Assembly: GCA_902385655.1 (NCBI GenBank) | Contig: CABMGO010000005.1 | Coordinates: 99,584 to 163,583 of the forward strand | Length of the DNA: 64,000 nucleotides | Direction: 5' to 3' | Source of the DNA: an uncultured archaeon | GTDB lineage: Archaea; Nanobdellota; Nanobdellia; Pacearchaeales; GW2011-AR1 | In this document: one piece after another, positions 46,219 through 57,053 of the stretch | How the letters are laid out: every line of letters starts with the position of its first letter | Position numbering within the stretch: the stretch's first letter is position 1 | Notes under the pieces: generated by a model | Database searches by the model: none | The model's input: the letters and a program-made list of their open reading frames with translations, nothing else | Told to the model about the DNA's origin: nothing | Made by a program: the position numbers and the translations under genes

Positions 46219-46569
46219 ATGGAAAAAGATGTTGGAAAAATAAAAAAGAATGATAACACAGACATAATTATTAGAGTGGATGATTTTGGTGGAAAAATTG
46301 GAGTTACAATAAGAGAATTCACAAATGACCAAAGAACAGGATACAAAGGTTTCACAAAAGCTGGAACAAGAATTACTGCAGACCAATTTCAAGAATTCAA
46401 AAATATGATTAATTCAATTTCTTTAGAAGGATTGCAACCAAGTCCAGAAGCAATCGCAAAAGCACAAGCATTCAAAGACAGCAAAAGAACACAATCAACA
46501 CTCGGTGGACAAAAATCTTTCCAGAAAAAACCATCTTTCTCTGATATTTCTGAAGAAGATTTGATGTAA
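46219..46569 (+). CDS. PC4/YdbC-like ssDNA-binding protein (tentative)
   Basis: IIRVDDFGGKIGVTIREF...GYKGFTKAGTRI resembles the PC4 fold. Confidence 0.35.
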   Translation: MEKDVGKIKKNDNTDIIIRVDDFGGKIGVTIREFTNDQRTGYKGFTKAGTRITADQFQEFKNMINSISLEGLQPSPEAIAKAQAFKDSKRTQSTLGGQKSFQKKPSFSDISEEDLM

Positions 46570-46573
46570 TCAA

Positions 46574-47005
46574 ATGAAACTCTTCGTAAAAAAACTTCAC
46601 CCAAACGCAATTCTACCAAGTTATGCTCATGCAGGTGATGCAGGTTTAGATATTTATTCTGTAGAAGATAAAATCATTCAGCCAGGAGAAAGAGCACTAA
46701 TTTCAACAGGACTTTCCATGGAATTTCCAGCAGGCTACGTTTGTTTAATTTGGGATAAATCAGGTATCGCTGCAAAAAATGGAATAAAAACGATGGGAGG
46801 AGTTATAGAACATACCTATCGTGGAGAATATAAAATAGTCATGTTAAACACTTCAAAAGAAGATTTCAAAATATCCAAGGGTCAAAAAATAGCTCAAGCA
46901 TTAATTCAACCAATAGTAACTGCAGAAGTGGAAGAAGTACAAGAACTTACAGAAACAAAACGAGGAGAGGGTGGTTTTGGATCAACAGGATTATCTAAAA
47001 GGTAA
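46574..47005 (+). CDS. dut: dUTP diphosphatase
   Basis: AGDAGLDIYS and GxxxR/G-rich C-terminal motifs of trimeric dUTPase. Confidence 0.85.
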   Translation: MKLFVKKLHPNAILPSYAHAGDAGLDIYSVEDKIIQPGERALISTGLSMEFPAGYVCLIWDKSGIAAKNGIKTMGGVIEHTYRGEYKIVMLNTSKEDFKISKGQKIAQALIQPIVTAEVEEVQELTETKRGEGGFGSTGLSKR

Positions 47006-47073
47006 TATTACAATTTTCCACATAAAAGTTTTTAAATAACAACTTCCAGAAAAGAGCAAGGAGGAAATTAAAA

Positions 47074-47196
47074 TGGGGATGCCTGAATTTAAAGATGCAG
47101 ATTATGATAGAAAACTTGAGGAATATAAAAAACTCAAATTAAAAATATTACAAGAAAGAGCTGCACAAGGAAATAATTCTAACAGAATTAACTAAC
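47074..47196 (+). CDS. Small 40-aa ORF with strong SD (AGGAGG 7 nt upstream)
   Basis: Manual read: MGMPEFKDADYDRKLEEYKKLKLKILQERAAQGNNSNRIN. Confidence 0.3.
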
Positions 47197-47242
47197 TCTA
47201 AAGTATACAAGAAATTATAAAGTTAAAATAGCTGCAAAACAA

Positions 47243-47821
47243 ATGAAGAGTTTAACAAAAGTATCTTTAGCAAAACTAGTGAAAGAAACACAAAAACAAG
47301 TTCTAAATGGAAAACCATATTGCTTATTTGGAGTAACAAGAGGAATAGTTCTCCCTAGACAAAAAGAATTTGGGCATTACTCCTATTCAAGAAGTCCAGA
47401 ATTAGAAGAAAGATTTGACTTACTTTTAACAGACAACCAATTTGTAGAAACAAGATATACAGACTATATTGGTGGCCCAGTTAAACCAGTTAACTCTTGT
47501 GGATTTTCTTCATGGGAAGCAGAAATAACTCATGCACTAAGAACGAAAGAACCTCAGAATTTAGTTTATTATGTAAGACAGGACGAAGGCGTCACAGCAT
47601 CAAGAATATTAATCCCAATCTCAGATTTTTACGGAGGTCTTACTGATGAAGAAGCAATCACAAAATACGGAAAAAAACTTTTTAAGGAAATGTGCAAAGA
47701 ATTGGGGCCCACAACTATTTCCATAGATGCTGACGGAAAAGTTAGAACTCCCTTCGGAGATTTAGACTATGCTTATAAAAAAGTCATAGGAATAAGAACT
47801 CATCCAGAAGAATGGGATTAA
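47243..47821 (+). CDS. Hypothetical protein
   Basis: ORF. Confidence 0.4.
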   Translation: MKSLTKVSLAKLVKETQKQVLNGKPYCLFGVTRGIVLPRQKEFGHYSYSRSPELEERFDLLLTDNQFVETRYTDYIGGPVKPVNSCGFSSWEAEITHALRTKEPQNLVYYVRQDEGVTASRILIPISDFYGGLTDEEAITKYGKKLFKEMCKELGPTTISIDADGKVRTPFGDLDYAYKKVIGIRTHPEEWD

Positions 47822-48696
47822 TCACTTAAAATTTTTCGCTGAAGTATACTGGACAAATAAGTTACAAAAATAGAGACTCCTACAAATATTAGAATTGAAT
47901 AAACCTTTGAAAAATAAAAAATCTGCCATTTGTCAAAAATTAAATTCATCAAAGCCTCATGAAAAAGAAAGATAGCTACAGAATATTTTGAGATAATTCT
48001 AAGTAAGTTGAAATCTGAAACATGATCTGTAAAAGATAAGATATAGAATAAAACAAACGGAAGAACCATGACTGGCCTAATAAAAATAATCAACAGCGAA
48101 ACTAATACAAGTAAAAGACTTCTTCTATATGCAAAAGCAATTCCAAAACAAAACTCTGCTAAGAAAAATAAAAAGTTGGTTGAAGTAAAAAAAGGATTAT
48201 AAAACCTAAACAAAAAAGTTATCACAAAAGCAGGCAAAATAAAAAACCAATTCTTTTTTATTATCTTGTTTATATAAGGAAAAAACAAATAAAGAACAAC
48301 AAGCGGAGCAAAAAACCAAGCAGGGCTAATCAAACCATAAGAATACTCTGGAAAAAAAGAATCAGTGAAGCTAAAATGTGCAAGTAAATTAAAAAATAAA
48401 TTTCCCGAATATGCTTGTCTTCCAAATAACAACGCAACTAAAACTAAAGCAAGATAATAAATCAAAGCTATCTTCAAAATTCTCCTAAAAAACCATTTAA
48501 AAGAAAAAGAAACATGATTAGAATAATGCTTAGTTAGAGTATAACCGCTAGCAATAAAAAAAAGAGAAACACCAACAAAACCAATTGTCCTTAAAGATTC
48601 ATCAAAAGTTATCTGATACCAAAAATGAAATAAAACAATAAGAAAAATCGCAATGACTCGAACAAGATCGACAAAGGCAAATCTTTCTTTTGCCAT
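47818..48696 (-). CDS. Acyltransferase-3 family membrane protein
   Basis: N-terminal FVDLVRVIAIFLIVLFH motif; ~9 TM. Confidence 0.5.
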   Translation of the reverse strand: MAKERFAFVDLVRVIAIFLIVLFHFWYQITFDESLRTIGFVGVSLFFIASGYTLTKHYSNHVSFSFKWFFRRILKIALIYYLALVLVALLFGRQAYSGNLFFNLLAHFSFTDSFFPEYSYGLISPAWFFAPLVVLYLFFPYINKIIKKNWFFILPAFVITFLFRFYNPFFTSTNFLFFLAEFCFGIAFAYRRSLLLVLVSLLIIFIRPVMVLPFVLFYILSFTDHVSDFNLLRIISKYSVAIFLFHEALMNLIFDKWQIFYFSKVYSILIFVGVSIFVTYLSSILQRKILSD

Positions 48697-48698
48697 AA

Positions 48699-49826
48699 TT
48701 ACTTAATTAAAAACTTATCAACAATCTTTTTAGCTTCTTCTCGTTTTTTCTGATGTTCTTTCAAGAAAGCATTAATCTTTTCAATTAAAATTGCCTTCAA
48801 TTCTCCAGATAATAATTTTCCAGAACGATAATCTTTCTCGATTTGTGCAAGTTTCTTATCATCTTCCTCGAACATAAATTTCAAAAATTGAAAAGAAACA
48901 TCAACATCTGGATTCCCACCTAACTTTCTATGCTCTTCAACAGTATCTCTTCCGCCAGAAAAAGCATACTTATTTATCTTTTTCTTAACTTGTTCAGGAG
49001 TATCTGTTAAAAAAATAGAAGCCTCAGCTGAAGAAGACATTTTTCCGCCAACACCTGTCAAAGGAGGCATAAAAACACACTGAATAGACGCAGGTTTATC
49101 AAAACCTAGTTTCGGAATTACATCTCGAGAAATCCTAAAATGCGGATCCTGATCAACAGCATGAGGAATTAAACAAGGAATCTTTTTTCCCTTGATAATG
49201 CTCGGCAAAAATGCGGGAACTGCTTGCATGCTAGTATAAAAAATAGAACCAATATTTGCGCTATCGTCCAAACCAAAACCTGCCTTAACTGTGTTAAATG
49301 TTATTCTCTTTGCAATCTCACAGGCAGGACGATACATCAAATCGGCATTTTTTGAGTCGACTAAAAACTTAGTTTTCTTAGGATCAAAGCCAAGAGCAAT
49401 TATATCTAACATGTTTTCATACATATAACCGTCTATTTGCTTGAAGTCCAAATCCTTCTTAAATAAAAATTTCTCTTCATCTGGGAACTGGAACCATAAT
49501 TCAACACCAAATTTATCTTGCAACCATTTTGTAAATTGCCAAACCATAATGTGACCAATATGGATAGGCCCTGAGGGAGCTCTACCTGTATATAAAAAGA
49601 ATTTGTTTCCTTTTTCATATTCATCTAAAACCCAATTTAAATCCCTGTGCGCAAAAAATATTCTCCTTCTTAAAAGAAAATGCAAATCTCCTGTATGTTT
49701 CTTTATTCTTTCCAAAATCTTGTCATCTAGTTTAGAAACACCAAACTCCTTCAGAAGCTTATCATAATCGATGTCCCCTTTAACTTCCCAAGGATTTACT
49801 GTAAATTCACTTTTCTTTTCTACCAT
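48699..49826 (-). CDS. trpS: Tryptophanyl-tRNA synthetase (archaeal/eukaryal type; TyrRS not excluded)
   Basis: HIGH (PSGPIHIGH) and KMSSS motifs; class I c-subclass architecture. Confidence 0.65.
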   Translation of the reverse strand: MVEKKSEFTVNPWEVKGDIDYDKLLKEFGVSKLDDKILERIKKHTGDLHFLLRRRIFFAHRDLNWVLDEYEKGNKFFLYTGRAPSGPIHIGHIMVWQFTKWLQDKFGVELWFQFPDEEKFLFKKDLDFKQIDGYMYENMLDIIALGFDPKKTKFLVDSKNADLMYRPACEIAKRITFNTVKAGFGLDDSANIGSIFYTSMQAVPAFLPSIIKGKKIPCLIPHAVDQDPHFRISRDVIPKLGFDKPASIQCVFMPPLTGVGGKMSSSAEASIFLTDTPEQVKKKINKYAFSGGRDTVEEHRKLGGNPDVDVSFQFLKFMFEEDDKKLAQIEKDYRSGKLLSGELKAILIEKINAFLKEHQKKREEAKKIVDKFLIK

Positions 49827-49937
49827 TAACCATTAAACAAAATAACAAATATAAACCTTTCTCCCAAAAATTAAAGATAAAAATATAAAGTAAAATTCCT
49901 AAATTGTGTCAAGAAGAAAAAGTTTATTGACAAACTA

Positions 49938-50025
49938 AACGGATAACTTTAGAAAATAGGGGCGGGCTTTTCTGCGTAGCAGAAAAATTGGGGAGATACT
50001 CAATAAACTTTTTCGACCAAATAAG
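49938..50025. repeat. Structured element family S, copy 3 (compact)
   Basis: GGATAACTTTAGAAAATAGGGGCGGGC-[TTTTCTGC-GTA-GCAGAAAA]-ATTGGGGAGATA...TTTTTCGACCAAA. Confidence 0.5.
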
Positions 50026-50088
50026 ATAATTTGAATAGGTTACTCAAACCTTCATAAATTTTATAAACTAACTACTCCAAAATATATT

Positions 50089-50673
50089 ATGAAACAGAAT
50101 GATCAAGCAAAGGAACTTGAAGAATGTTTAATCAAAATAGGATTGAAAATAGCTAAACGAAATGAGGGTGCCTTGTTCGTAGTTGGGAAAACAAAATATT
50201 CTCCACTTGTCGAGCAAGCTGTTCCCAAGTTTAAAGCTCAAAAAAATCCAAAATTGTTAGAATCTCTTGCACTTATGGATGGTGCAGTGATTTTAGATAA
50301 AGATGGGACTGTAAAAGCTTATGGAGCAAGAATTAAGTCGAGTACAACTTTCAAGAACCACGGAACAAGACATGCCGCAGCACTTGGAGCCTCAAAAGAA
50401 AAAGGAAACATTTGTATTTTAGTTTCGGAAGAAGACAAAAAAATAAGAATTTTCAAAAATGGAAAAATGATAATGCAAATTGATCCAAAAGAAAAAAATG
50501 TTGAAAGTTCAATTTCTCCCGCAGCAGATATTTTAGAAACAATTGGTGCCGGAACACTGGGAACCATAGGAGCAAGTATCCTTGCGCCAGGTCTGGGAAT
50601 TACACTTCTACCTGGAGTTGTTGTTTTTGGAGCAGTACACTATTTCGGCAAGAAATTATTGAGTAAAAACTAA
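50089..50673 (+). CDS. Diadenylate cyclase (DAC domain, DacZ-like) with C-terminal TM
   Basis: GALFVV, DGAVIL, GTRHAAAL, VSEE motifs of the DisA_N/DAC domain. Confidence 0.65.
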   Translation: MKQNDQAKELEECLIKIGLKIAKRNEGALFVVGKTKYSPLVEQAVPKFKAQKNPKLLESLALMDGAVILDKDGTVKAYGARIKSSTTFKNHGTRHAAALGASKEKGNICILVSEEDKKIRIFKNGKMIMQIDPKEKNVESSISPAADILETIGAGTLGTIGASILAPGLGITLLPGVVVFGAVHYFGKKLLSKN

Positions 50674-51485
50674 ATCTTTCCAAATAAACCTTCGGCATTT
50701 TTCCAAATTTGATCAGCAACTTCTTCAACTTCCATATTTTTAATTTTTGCAATTTCTTTAACAGTAACAGCAACATCCTTGGGTTCTGACCTCTCACCAG
50801 CAACAGGTGCAAGATATGGCGCGTCTGTTTCCGTCAATAATTGTTCAATCGGAACAATGTCAACAAGAGTTTGAAAATGTTGAAGTCGAGTAATAACTGC
50901 AGGAACAGAAAAAAACCAACCATTATCTGCAGCTCTTTTTATTAAGCTTTTTTTACCCCCGAAACAGTGGAGAACAACTTTACTCATTTTATGTTTCTCT
51001 AAAATTTCAATGCACTCTAATTCTGCTCCTCTTGTATGGACAATAACTGGCTTATCCAATTTTTTTGCCAAGACCAAAACCTCCTCGAAAACTTTTTTCT
51101 GCTCCTCCTTAACTTCTTCAAAATTTTTCAAATCCTTAATCATCTTAAAATCCAGACCAACTTCTCCAATCGCAACACACAAATGAAAGTTTTTGTCAAT
51201 CCAGTTTAATTCTTCTTTGTAGTCAAAAGATTCAATTTTTCTAAAGTCATCATCTTGAATCTCAGGAAATTTAGAAACAATAGCATCAAGCGGGTACAAA
51301 CCAAAACAAGCTTTTATCAAAGAATGCTCTTTTGCCAAATTCATAACCTTACGATTGGTCTCGGGATTAACACCAGAACAAAAAGCAGCCTTTACACCAA
51401 CCTTGTGTGCATTTTGTAGAACTTCGTCTAGATCCTTAGCAAATCTTTCACCTTCCAAATGACAATGAACATCGATTAAACGCAT
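50670..51485 (-). CDS. TatD-family metal-dependent hydrolase
   Basis: IDVHCHL start; conserved TIM-barrel histidines and acidic residues. Confidence 0.8.
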   Translation of the reverse strand: MRLIDVHCHLEGERFAKDLDEVLQNAHKVGVKAAFCSGVNPETNRKVMNLAKEHSLIKACFGLYPLDAIVSKFPEIQDDDFRKIESFDYKEELNWIDKNFHLCVAIGEVGLDFKMIKDLKNFEEVKEEQKKVFEEVLVLAKKLDKPVIVHTRGAELECIEILEKHKMSKVVLHCFGGKKSLIKRAADNGWFFSVPAVITRLQHFQTLVDIVPIEQLLTETDAPYLAPVAGERSEPKDVAVTVKEIAKIKNMEVEEVADQIWKNAEGLFGKI

Positions 51486-51518
51486 AACCCTTAAATACCA
51501 TACTTACTTATAAAGATA

Positions 51519-51758
51519 ATGATAACCGAAATCCTACTTTTACTTCTTGCAATTCCCTGTGGACTTTTAGGTGCATACTTAACAAACTACGAGAGAAAAA
51601 TATACAATTTATACTTCCAACCACTCATCTGGACTCTTGCAGTTATCTCTGCAGTATACTATTCATTAAACATAAAAATTGCACTAACCACAACATTTAT
51701 GATAATCATGCTACTAACATGGAAGTATTCAACTAAATTTTTCAAAGAAGAAAAATGA
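51519..51758 (+). CDS. Small membrane protein
   Basis: Two TM helices. Confidence 0.35.
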   Translation: MITEILLLLLAIPCGLLGAYLTNYERKIYNLYFQPLIWTLAVISAVYYSLNIKIALTTTFMIIMLLTWKYSTKFFKEEK

Positions 51759-52543
51759 CTCTCAACTTAATCGGCACAGGACTTAATGAAAAATCGATTA
51801 CCTTAGAAGCTCTTGAAGCAATAAAGAAATCCAAAAAAGTTTATCTTGAAAATTATACCGTTGATTTTCCTTATCCGAAGACAAAACTTGAAAAAGTTAT
51901 CAAGAGAAAAATAACAGAATTAACTCGAGAACAAGTAGAGTCATTAGAATTTTTAAAGGAAGCTACGAGCGTTTCGCTTTTGAAAAATAAACGTGCAAAC
52001 GACAAAAATAAAAAAAGTACAAATGCAAAACGCGAGCCAAAACAAGACATTTCACTTTTAGTCTATGGTGATTCGCTTTCTGCAACAACTCACTCAGAAA
52101 TAATTTTGACTTGTAAAAATAATGAGATCCCATTTAAAATTTTTCATAATGCTTCAGTTATGACTGCAATTGCAGAAACAGGTTTGCAACTTTACAAATT
52201 CGGAAAAACAGCGTCAATGCCAACCTGGAAAAATAATTGGAAGCCAGACTCATTCATGGAAATTGTTAAACAAAACCAATCAATCCAAGCCCACACACTT
52301 CTTTTAGTAGACATCGCGCTTGATTTAGAAAAAGCAAAACAACAACTAAAAGAAGCGATGAAAAATCATAATTTAGAAATAGAACAAATAGTTTTATGTT
52401 CAAATCTCGGAAATGAAGCAACAATAATTTATGATAAAATAGAAAATCTACCAAAAGAAATAACAAAACCTTACTGTTTCATAATTCCTAGCAGACTACA
52501 CTTCCACGAGCAAGAATTTTTAGATAAATGTCACCCTCAATGA
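51755..52543 (+). CDS. Diphthine synthase (Dph5)
   Basis: Tetrapyrrole-methylase fold with N-terminal LIGTGL; archaea/eukaryote-specific. Confidence 0.7.
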   Translation: MTLNLIGTGLNEKSITLEALEAIKKSKKVYLENYTVDFPYPKTKLEKVIKRKITELTREQVESLEFLKEATSVSLLKNKRANDKNKKSTNAKREPKQDISLLVYGDSLSATTHSEIILTCKNNEIPFKIFHNASVMTAIAETGLQLYKFGKTASMPTWKNNWKPDSFMEIVKQNQSIQAHTLLLVDIALDLEKAKQQLKEAMKNHNLEIEQIVLCSNLGNEATIIYDKIENLPKEITKPYCFIIPSRLHFHEQEFLDKCHPQ

Positions 52544-53175
52544 TAAACCCTATAACAAATATCCGAACCTCTAACTGCTAAATTCTCCAAACATCTTCCA
52601 ATCCGTCCACTTCGACCAACATAATCGAGAACGTTTAAAGAAGCAGGATCAATAAATTTTTCACTAAAACTTCCTCCGAGAGAATTAGCGGTTTTTCTTG
52701 GTCCTTCAGTCATCCGATTAAATAACATTACTTTATAAGTCGGTGCCACAATCTGCGCATCAGCAAAACCTCCGGCCAATTTTTTAACTGTCTTTCTAGG
52801 ACTTTCTAAAAAAGAATCTTTAAGATCTCGCAACTCATTTGTCCGAGAATAAAAAACAGAAGATAAAAATCCTCCGAGGAACATAAAACTCAAACCGGCA
52901 ATCTGTAATCCAGATTCAAGCTCATCACATCCTGGCCTTCCTAAAATTTTTGGCAAAAAAGAACTTCCAATAAGCGAAGCACCAGTATACCAAGAAGCAT
53001 GCCCCAATAAGAAATACTTATGATTTTTCCAAATCTCCCTAGAGTCTAAATGCTGCCCTGTAACCGAGTCTCGATTATAATGATCATACAATCTTTTCGA
53101 CCTATCAACATAAGCGCTTCCAACTTTACCAGCACCTTTCGCAACGCCCTTCGCTACATTTTTCACGTTTTCCAT
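52537..53175 (-). CDS. Hypothetical protein (locally elevated GC)
   Basis: ORF. Confidence 0.35.
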   Translation of the reverse strand: MENVKNVAKGVAKGAGKVGSAYVDRSKRLYDHYNRDSVTGQHLDSREIWKNHKYFLLGHASWYTGASLIGSSFLPKILGRPGCDELESGLQIAGLSFMFLGGFLSSVFYSRTNELRDLKDSFLESPRKTVKKLAGGFADAQIVAPTYKVMLFNRMTEGPRKTANSLGGSFSEKFIDPASLNVLDYVGRSGRIGRCLENLAVRGSDICYRVYH

Positions 53176-53225
53176 TAGAATAATAGAATGTAATTCTTTA
53201 AAAACCTACCAACTATAATAGAAAC

Positions 53226-56147
53226 ATGGGATACGAACAATTCGCTTTGAAGAACAAAACAAAAAAAACAGAGAAATCTGAAATGCAAATTGCGAGCCAA
53301 AAACCGAAAACAATAACTGAATTAGAAGAAGAAATAGTTGAATTCTGGGAAAAAGACAAAACCTTTGAGAAATCTCTAAAGCAAAATGAGAAATCCGAAC
53401 CGTTTGTATTCTATGATGGACCTCCATTTGCAACAGGCTTACCTCATTATGGTCATTTACTAGCATCAATCGAGAAAGACGTAATTCCAAGGTTCTGGAC
53501 AATGCGAGGAAAATATATTAGACGAGTTTGGGGCTGGGATTGCCACGGACTCCCTATAGAAAATATCGCAGAAAGAGAACTTGGAATAAACTCAAAAGAC
53601 GAAATAGAAAAAATGGGCGTTGAAAAATTCAACAAATTCTGCAGAAGCAAAGTTATGTCCTATGCATCAGACTGGGAAAAAGTAATCAAAAGAATAGGCA
53701 GATGGGTCGACATGAAAAATGCGTATAAAACAATGGACAATGAATATATCGAAACAGTCTGGTGGATCTTTAAACAAATGTGGGAAAAAGGTTTAATCTA
53801 TGAGGGAGAAAAAATCTTAATGTATTGTCCAAGATGCTCCACTCCATTAGCGAAATCTGAAATTGCAATGGAAGACTCGTATAAAAAAGTAAAAGATGAA
53901 ACTCTAACAATAAAATTCAAATTAAAAAATGAAAATGCATATGCTCTTGCATGGACAACAACTCCCTGGACATTGCCTGCAAATTTAGCGCTAACAGTAA
54001 ACCCCAACCTAGATTACTCCTACTTAAAAGACAAATCCGACGGAACAGTTTATATCTTAGCAACAGCACTTATCGGAAAATTTTTCAAATCTGAAGACCA
54101 ATATGAATTAATAAAAACAATAAAGGGAGAAGAACTCGAAGGCAAAAAATACGAACCGCTCTTCCCTTATTTCTCAAATTTCTCAAATTCATTCAGAATA
54201 GTATTAGGAGATTTTGTAACAGCAGAAGATGGAACAGGAATTGTTCATACTGCTCCGGCATTTGGTGAAGACGACTATTATGTATGCAAAGCAAATGGAA
54301 TCGATTTTGTTAGCCCAGTAAACGAAATAGGAAGATTTGACAAAACAGTAACAGATTTTGCAGGCCAATATATCTTCGATGCAAATAAAGAAATAATAAT
54401 TTTCCTAAAGAAACAAGGAAAAGTTGTAAAAATAGAAAAGAAAGAACATGACTACCCATTCTGCCACAGATGCGATACCCCTCTATTCTACAAATCTCTT
54501 CCAGCAGTATTCGTTAACATACAAAAGATAAAACAAAATCTTCTGGCATCAAATAAAACAGTTAACTGGAATCCAGAGTTCTTAAAAGAAGGCAGAGTTA
54601 AGTACACATTTGAAACAGCACCAGACTGGAATCTTTCACGAAATAGATACTGGGCAGCATCAATACCAATTTGGAAATCAAAAAGTGGAAAAACAAAAGT
54701 TATTGGAAGCATAGAAGAATTGAAAAAGTATGCAACCAAGTTACCTAAAGAAAAAATTGATCTCCACAAAGATTTCGTCGACAAAATAAAATTAAAAGAT
54801 GAATCTGGAGAAGAGATGACAAGAATACCGGACGTATTTGACTGCTGGTTCGAATCTGGAAGCATGCCATACGCACAATTCCATTATCCATTTGAAAATA
54901 AAGAATTATTTGAAAAAAATTATCCAGCAGATTTTATTGCAGAAGGATTAGACCAAACTCGAGGATGGTTCTATACTCTCCAAGTTATCGGCACAGCGTT
55001 ATTCAATAAATCTCCTTTCAAAAATGTATTAGTTAATGGATTAATTTTAGCAGAAGACGGAAAAAAGATGTCAAAAAAACTAAAGAATTATCCAGACCCA
55101 AGTTATTTAATTGATAAATATGGAGTTGATGCACTGAGATGCTACTTGTTAGGATCAAGTGTAATGAACGCAGACAACTTCAACTTTTCAGAAAAAGGAG
55201 TAGAGGAAGTCTACAAGAAAGTTCTAATGCTTCTTTATAACGTAAATAATTTTTACAAACTTTATGCTGGAAAAGAAAAAAGTAATCCAAATTCAAAAAA
55301 TGTCATCGACAAATGGATAATTTCAAGAGTGCACAGTTTGATACATATAGTTCAAGATTCATTAGAAAAATATGACACAATAACTACTGCAAATGAAATC
55401 AAGATATTTGTAGAAGATCTTTCTACATGGTACGTCAGAAGATGTAGAGAAAGATTTAATGAAAATGATCTACAAGCAAAAGAAACATTAAAGTATATTT
55501 TAGAAAATTTTGTCAAAGTCTCCGCACCATTAATGCCTTTTTCTTCTGAAATAATTTGGAAAGAATTAGGAAATAAAAAATCAGTACATCTAGAGAGTTG
55601 GCCAAAATACGAATATAAATTATTCAATAAAGAATTAGAAGAGGATATGAAAAAAGTAAGAGAAATTGTTTCCATTGCATTAAGAGAAAGAGACATCCAA
55701 AAAATGCCATTGAAACAGCCATTATTGAAATTAACTATTTCGGGTTATGAAATCCCTACAGAATATCACATGATAATCGAAGAAGAACTCAACGTAAAAG
55801 AGTTAGAATTCAAAAAATCTGAAGAAAAGAAACTAGAATTGGACTTAACCATCACTCCAGAACTTGAAGCAGAGGGATTCGCAAGAGAATTAACAAGACT
55901 AGTACAAGCTGCAAGAAAAAAAGCAGGCCTGGTAAAAGAAGATTTGATTGAGTTAGTTCTAGAATTTGAACATAAAAATAAGAAATTAGTAGAAAAATAT
56001 GTTACTGAAGAGCAAAAAAGAATTGGTGCAAAAAATATACAATTTGAACATAAAAATAAGTCTCAAAAATTTGACTACTCCGAGGAGGCTAAAATAAAAG
56101 AGATTTCCTACAAGCTCCTTTTTAGCAAAACCTCGTCGAGAAAATAA
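53226..56147 (+). CDS. ileS: Isoleucyl-tRNA synthetase
   Basis: PPFATGLPHYGHLL (HIGH), WDCHGLPIE, KMSKKLKN (KMSKS), editing and anticodon-binding regions. Confidence 0.95.
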   Translation: MGYEQFALKNKTKKTEKSEMQIASQKPKTITELEEEIVEFWEKDKTFEKSLKQNEKSEPFVFYDGPPFATGLPHYGHLLASIEKDVIPRFWTMRGKYIRRVWGWDCHGLPIENIAERELGINSKDEIEKMGVEKFNKFCRSKVMSYASDWEKVIKRIGRWVDMKNAYKTMDNEYIETVWWIFKQMWEKGLIYEGEKILMYCPRCSTPLAKSEIAMEDSYKKVKDETLTIKFKLKNENAYALAWTTTPWTLPANLALTVNPNLDYSYLKDKSDGTVYILATALIGKFFKSEDQYELIKTIKGEELEGKKYEPLFPYFSNFSNSFRIVLGDFVTAEDGTGIVHTAPAFGEDDYYVCKANGIDFVSPVNEIGRFDKTVTDFAGQYIFDANKEIIIFLKKQGKVVKIEKKEHDYPFCHRCDTPLFYKSLPAVFVNIQKIKQNLLASNKTVNWNPEFLKEGRVKYTFETAPDWNLSRNRYWAASIPIWKSKSGKTKVIGSIEELKKYATKLPKEKIDLHKDFVDKIKLKDESGEEMTRIPDVFDCWFESGSMPYAQFHYPFENKELFEKNYPADFIAEGLDQTRGWFYTLQVIGTALFNKSPFKNVLVNGLILAEDGKKMSKKLKNYPDPSYLIDKYGVDALRCYLLGSSVMNADNFNFSEKGVEEVYKKVLMLLYNVNNFYKLYAGKEKSNPNSKNVIDKWIISRVHSLIHIVQDSLEKYDTITTANEIKIFVEDLSTWYVRRCRERFNENDLQAKETLKYILENFVKVSAPLMPFSSEIIWKELGNKKSVHLESWPKYEYKLFNKELEEDMKKVREIVSIALRERDIQKMPLKQPLLKLTISGYEIPTEYHMIIEEELNVKELEFKKSEEKKLELDLTITPELEAEGFARELTRLVQAARKKAGLVKEDLIELVLEFEHKNKKLVEKYVTEEQKRIGAKNIQFEHKNKSQKFDYSEEAKIKEISYKLLFSKTSSRK

Positions 56148-56215
56148 TTTTTTCACCCCTAAACCTGAGTAAATTTCTGAGAAAGATTTAAATACTCCTC
56201 CACCTTGAATAGTTC

Positions 56216-57019
56216 ATGATTGTCAAAGAAGAGTTCCTAAGTAGATTAAGAAAGATATTCGATCTTAACTTATATGAGGTAAAAGTTTGGACAGCCTTAC
56301 TTTCTAGAAGACAATCAACAGCTGGAGAATTATCTTCCATTAGTGATGTACCTCGCTCTAGAACATATGATATCTTAGAATCTTTAGAAAAGAAAGGTTT
56401 CATCGTAATGAAACTTGGAAAACCAATCAAATTCGTTGCATTAAAACCTGAAGAAGTAGTTGAGAGAGTAAAAAAGAACTTAGTAGTTGAAGCAAAAGAA
56501 AAATCTAAGAGATTAGAGACTTTGAAAGGTGATGAAGTTTTAGATGAACTTAATTCTTTATTCAGTGATGGTGTAAAATTCGTTGAACCAACCGATTTAT
56601 CAGGAGCATTAAGAGGAAGACAAAATCTTTACAACCATTTAGACATGTTAGTAAGAGAAGCAGAAGAAACAATCACAATCGTAACAAGCGCAGATGGATT
56701 AAGCAGAAAAATGGAAGTCTTAATGCCTAGCTTGGACAAAGCAAAGAAAAGGGGAGTAAAAATTAGAATTGTTGCACCGATAACTCAAGCAAATATAAAA
56801 GTAGCTAAAGAACTTTCAAAGGTTGCAGAAGTTAGAGACTGCCAAAACTTAAAAGGAAGATTCTGTATAATTGACTCCGAACAAATATTATTCATGCTTC
56901 TTAATGATGAAACAGTACATCCAAATTATGATTTAGGTGTCTGGATTAATACTGAATTTTTTGCTCAAGCATTAGAACAATTGTTCGAAATCGCTTGGAA
57001 TCAATTCAAAAAAGTTTAA
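56216..57019 (+). CDS. TrmB-family transcriptional regulator (paralog of 2676-3461)
   Basis: LYEVKVWTALL...DVPRSRTYDILESLEKKGF; conserved C-terminal ...FE(L/I)AWN. Confidence 0.75.
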   Translation: MIVKEEFLSRLRKIFDLNLYEVKVWTALLSRRQSTAGELSSISDVPRSRTYDILESLEKKGFIVMKLGKPIKFVALKPEEVVERVKKNLVVEAKEKSKRLETLKGDEVLDELNSLFSDGVKFVEPTDLSGALRGRQNLYNHLDMLVREAEETITIVTSADGLSRKMEVLMPSLDKAKKRGVKIRIVAPITQANIKVAKELSKVAEVRDCQNLKGRFCIIDSEQILFMLLNDETVHPNYDLGVWINTEFFAQALEQLFEIAWNQFKKV

Positions 57020-57053
57020 GGAGATAAATATGGCAGAAGAAGAAGGATAAAAA

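Noticed and set aside
46147-46619. Minus-strand ORFs (81 and 76 aa) overlapping the PC4-like gene and hemerythrin start
   Set aside because: They are antisense to better-supported + strand genes and have low-complexity Cys/Ile-rich translations.
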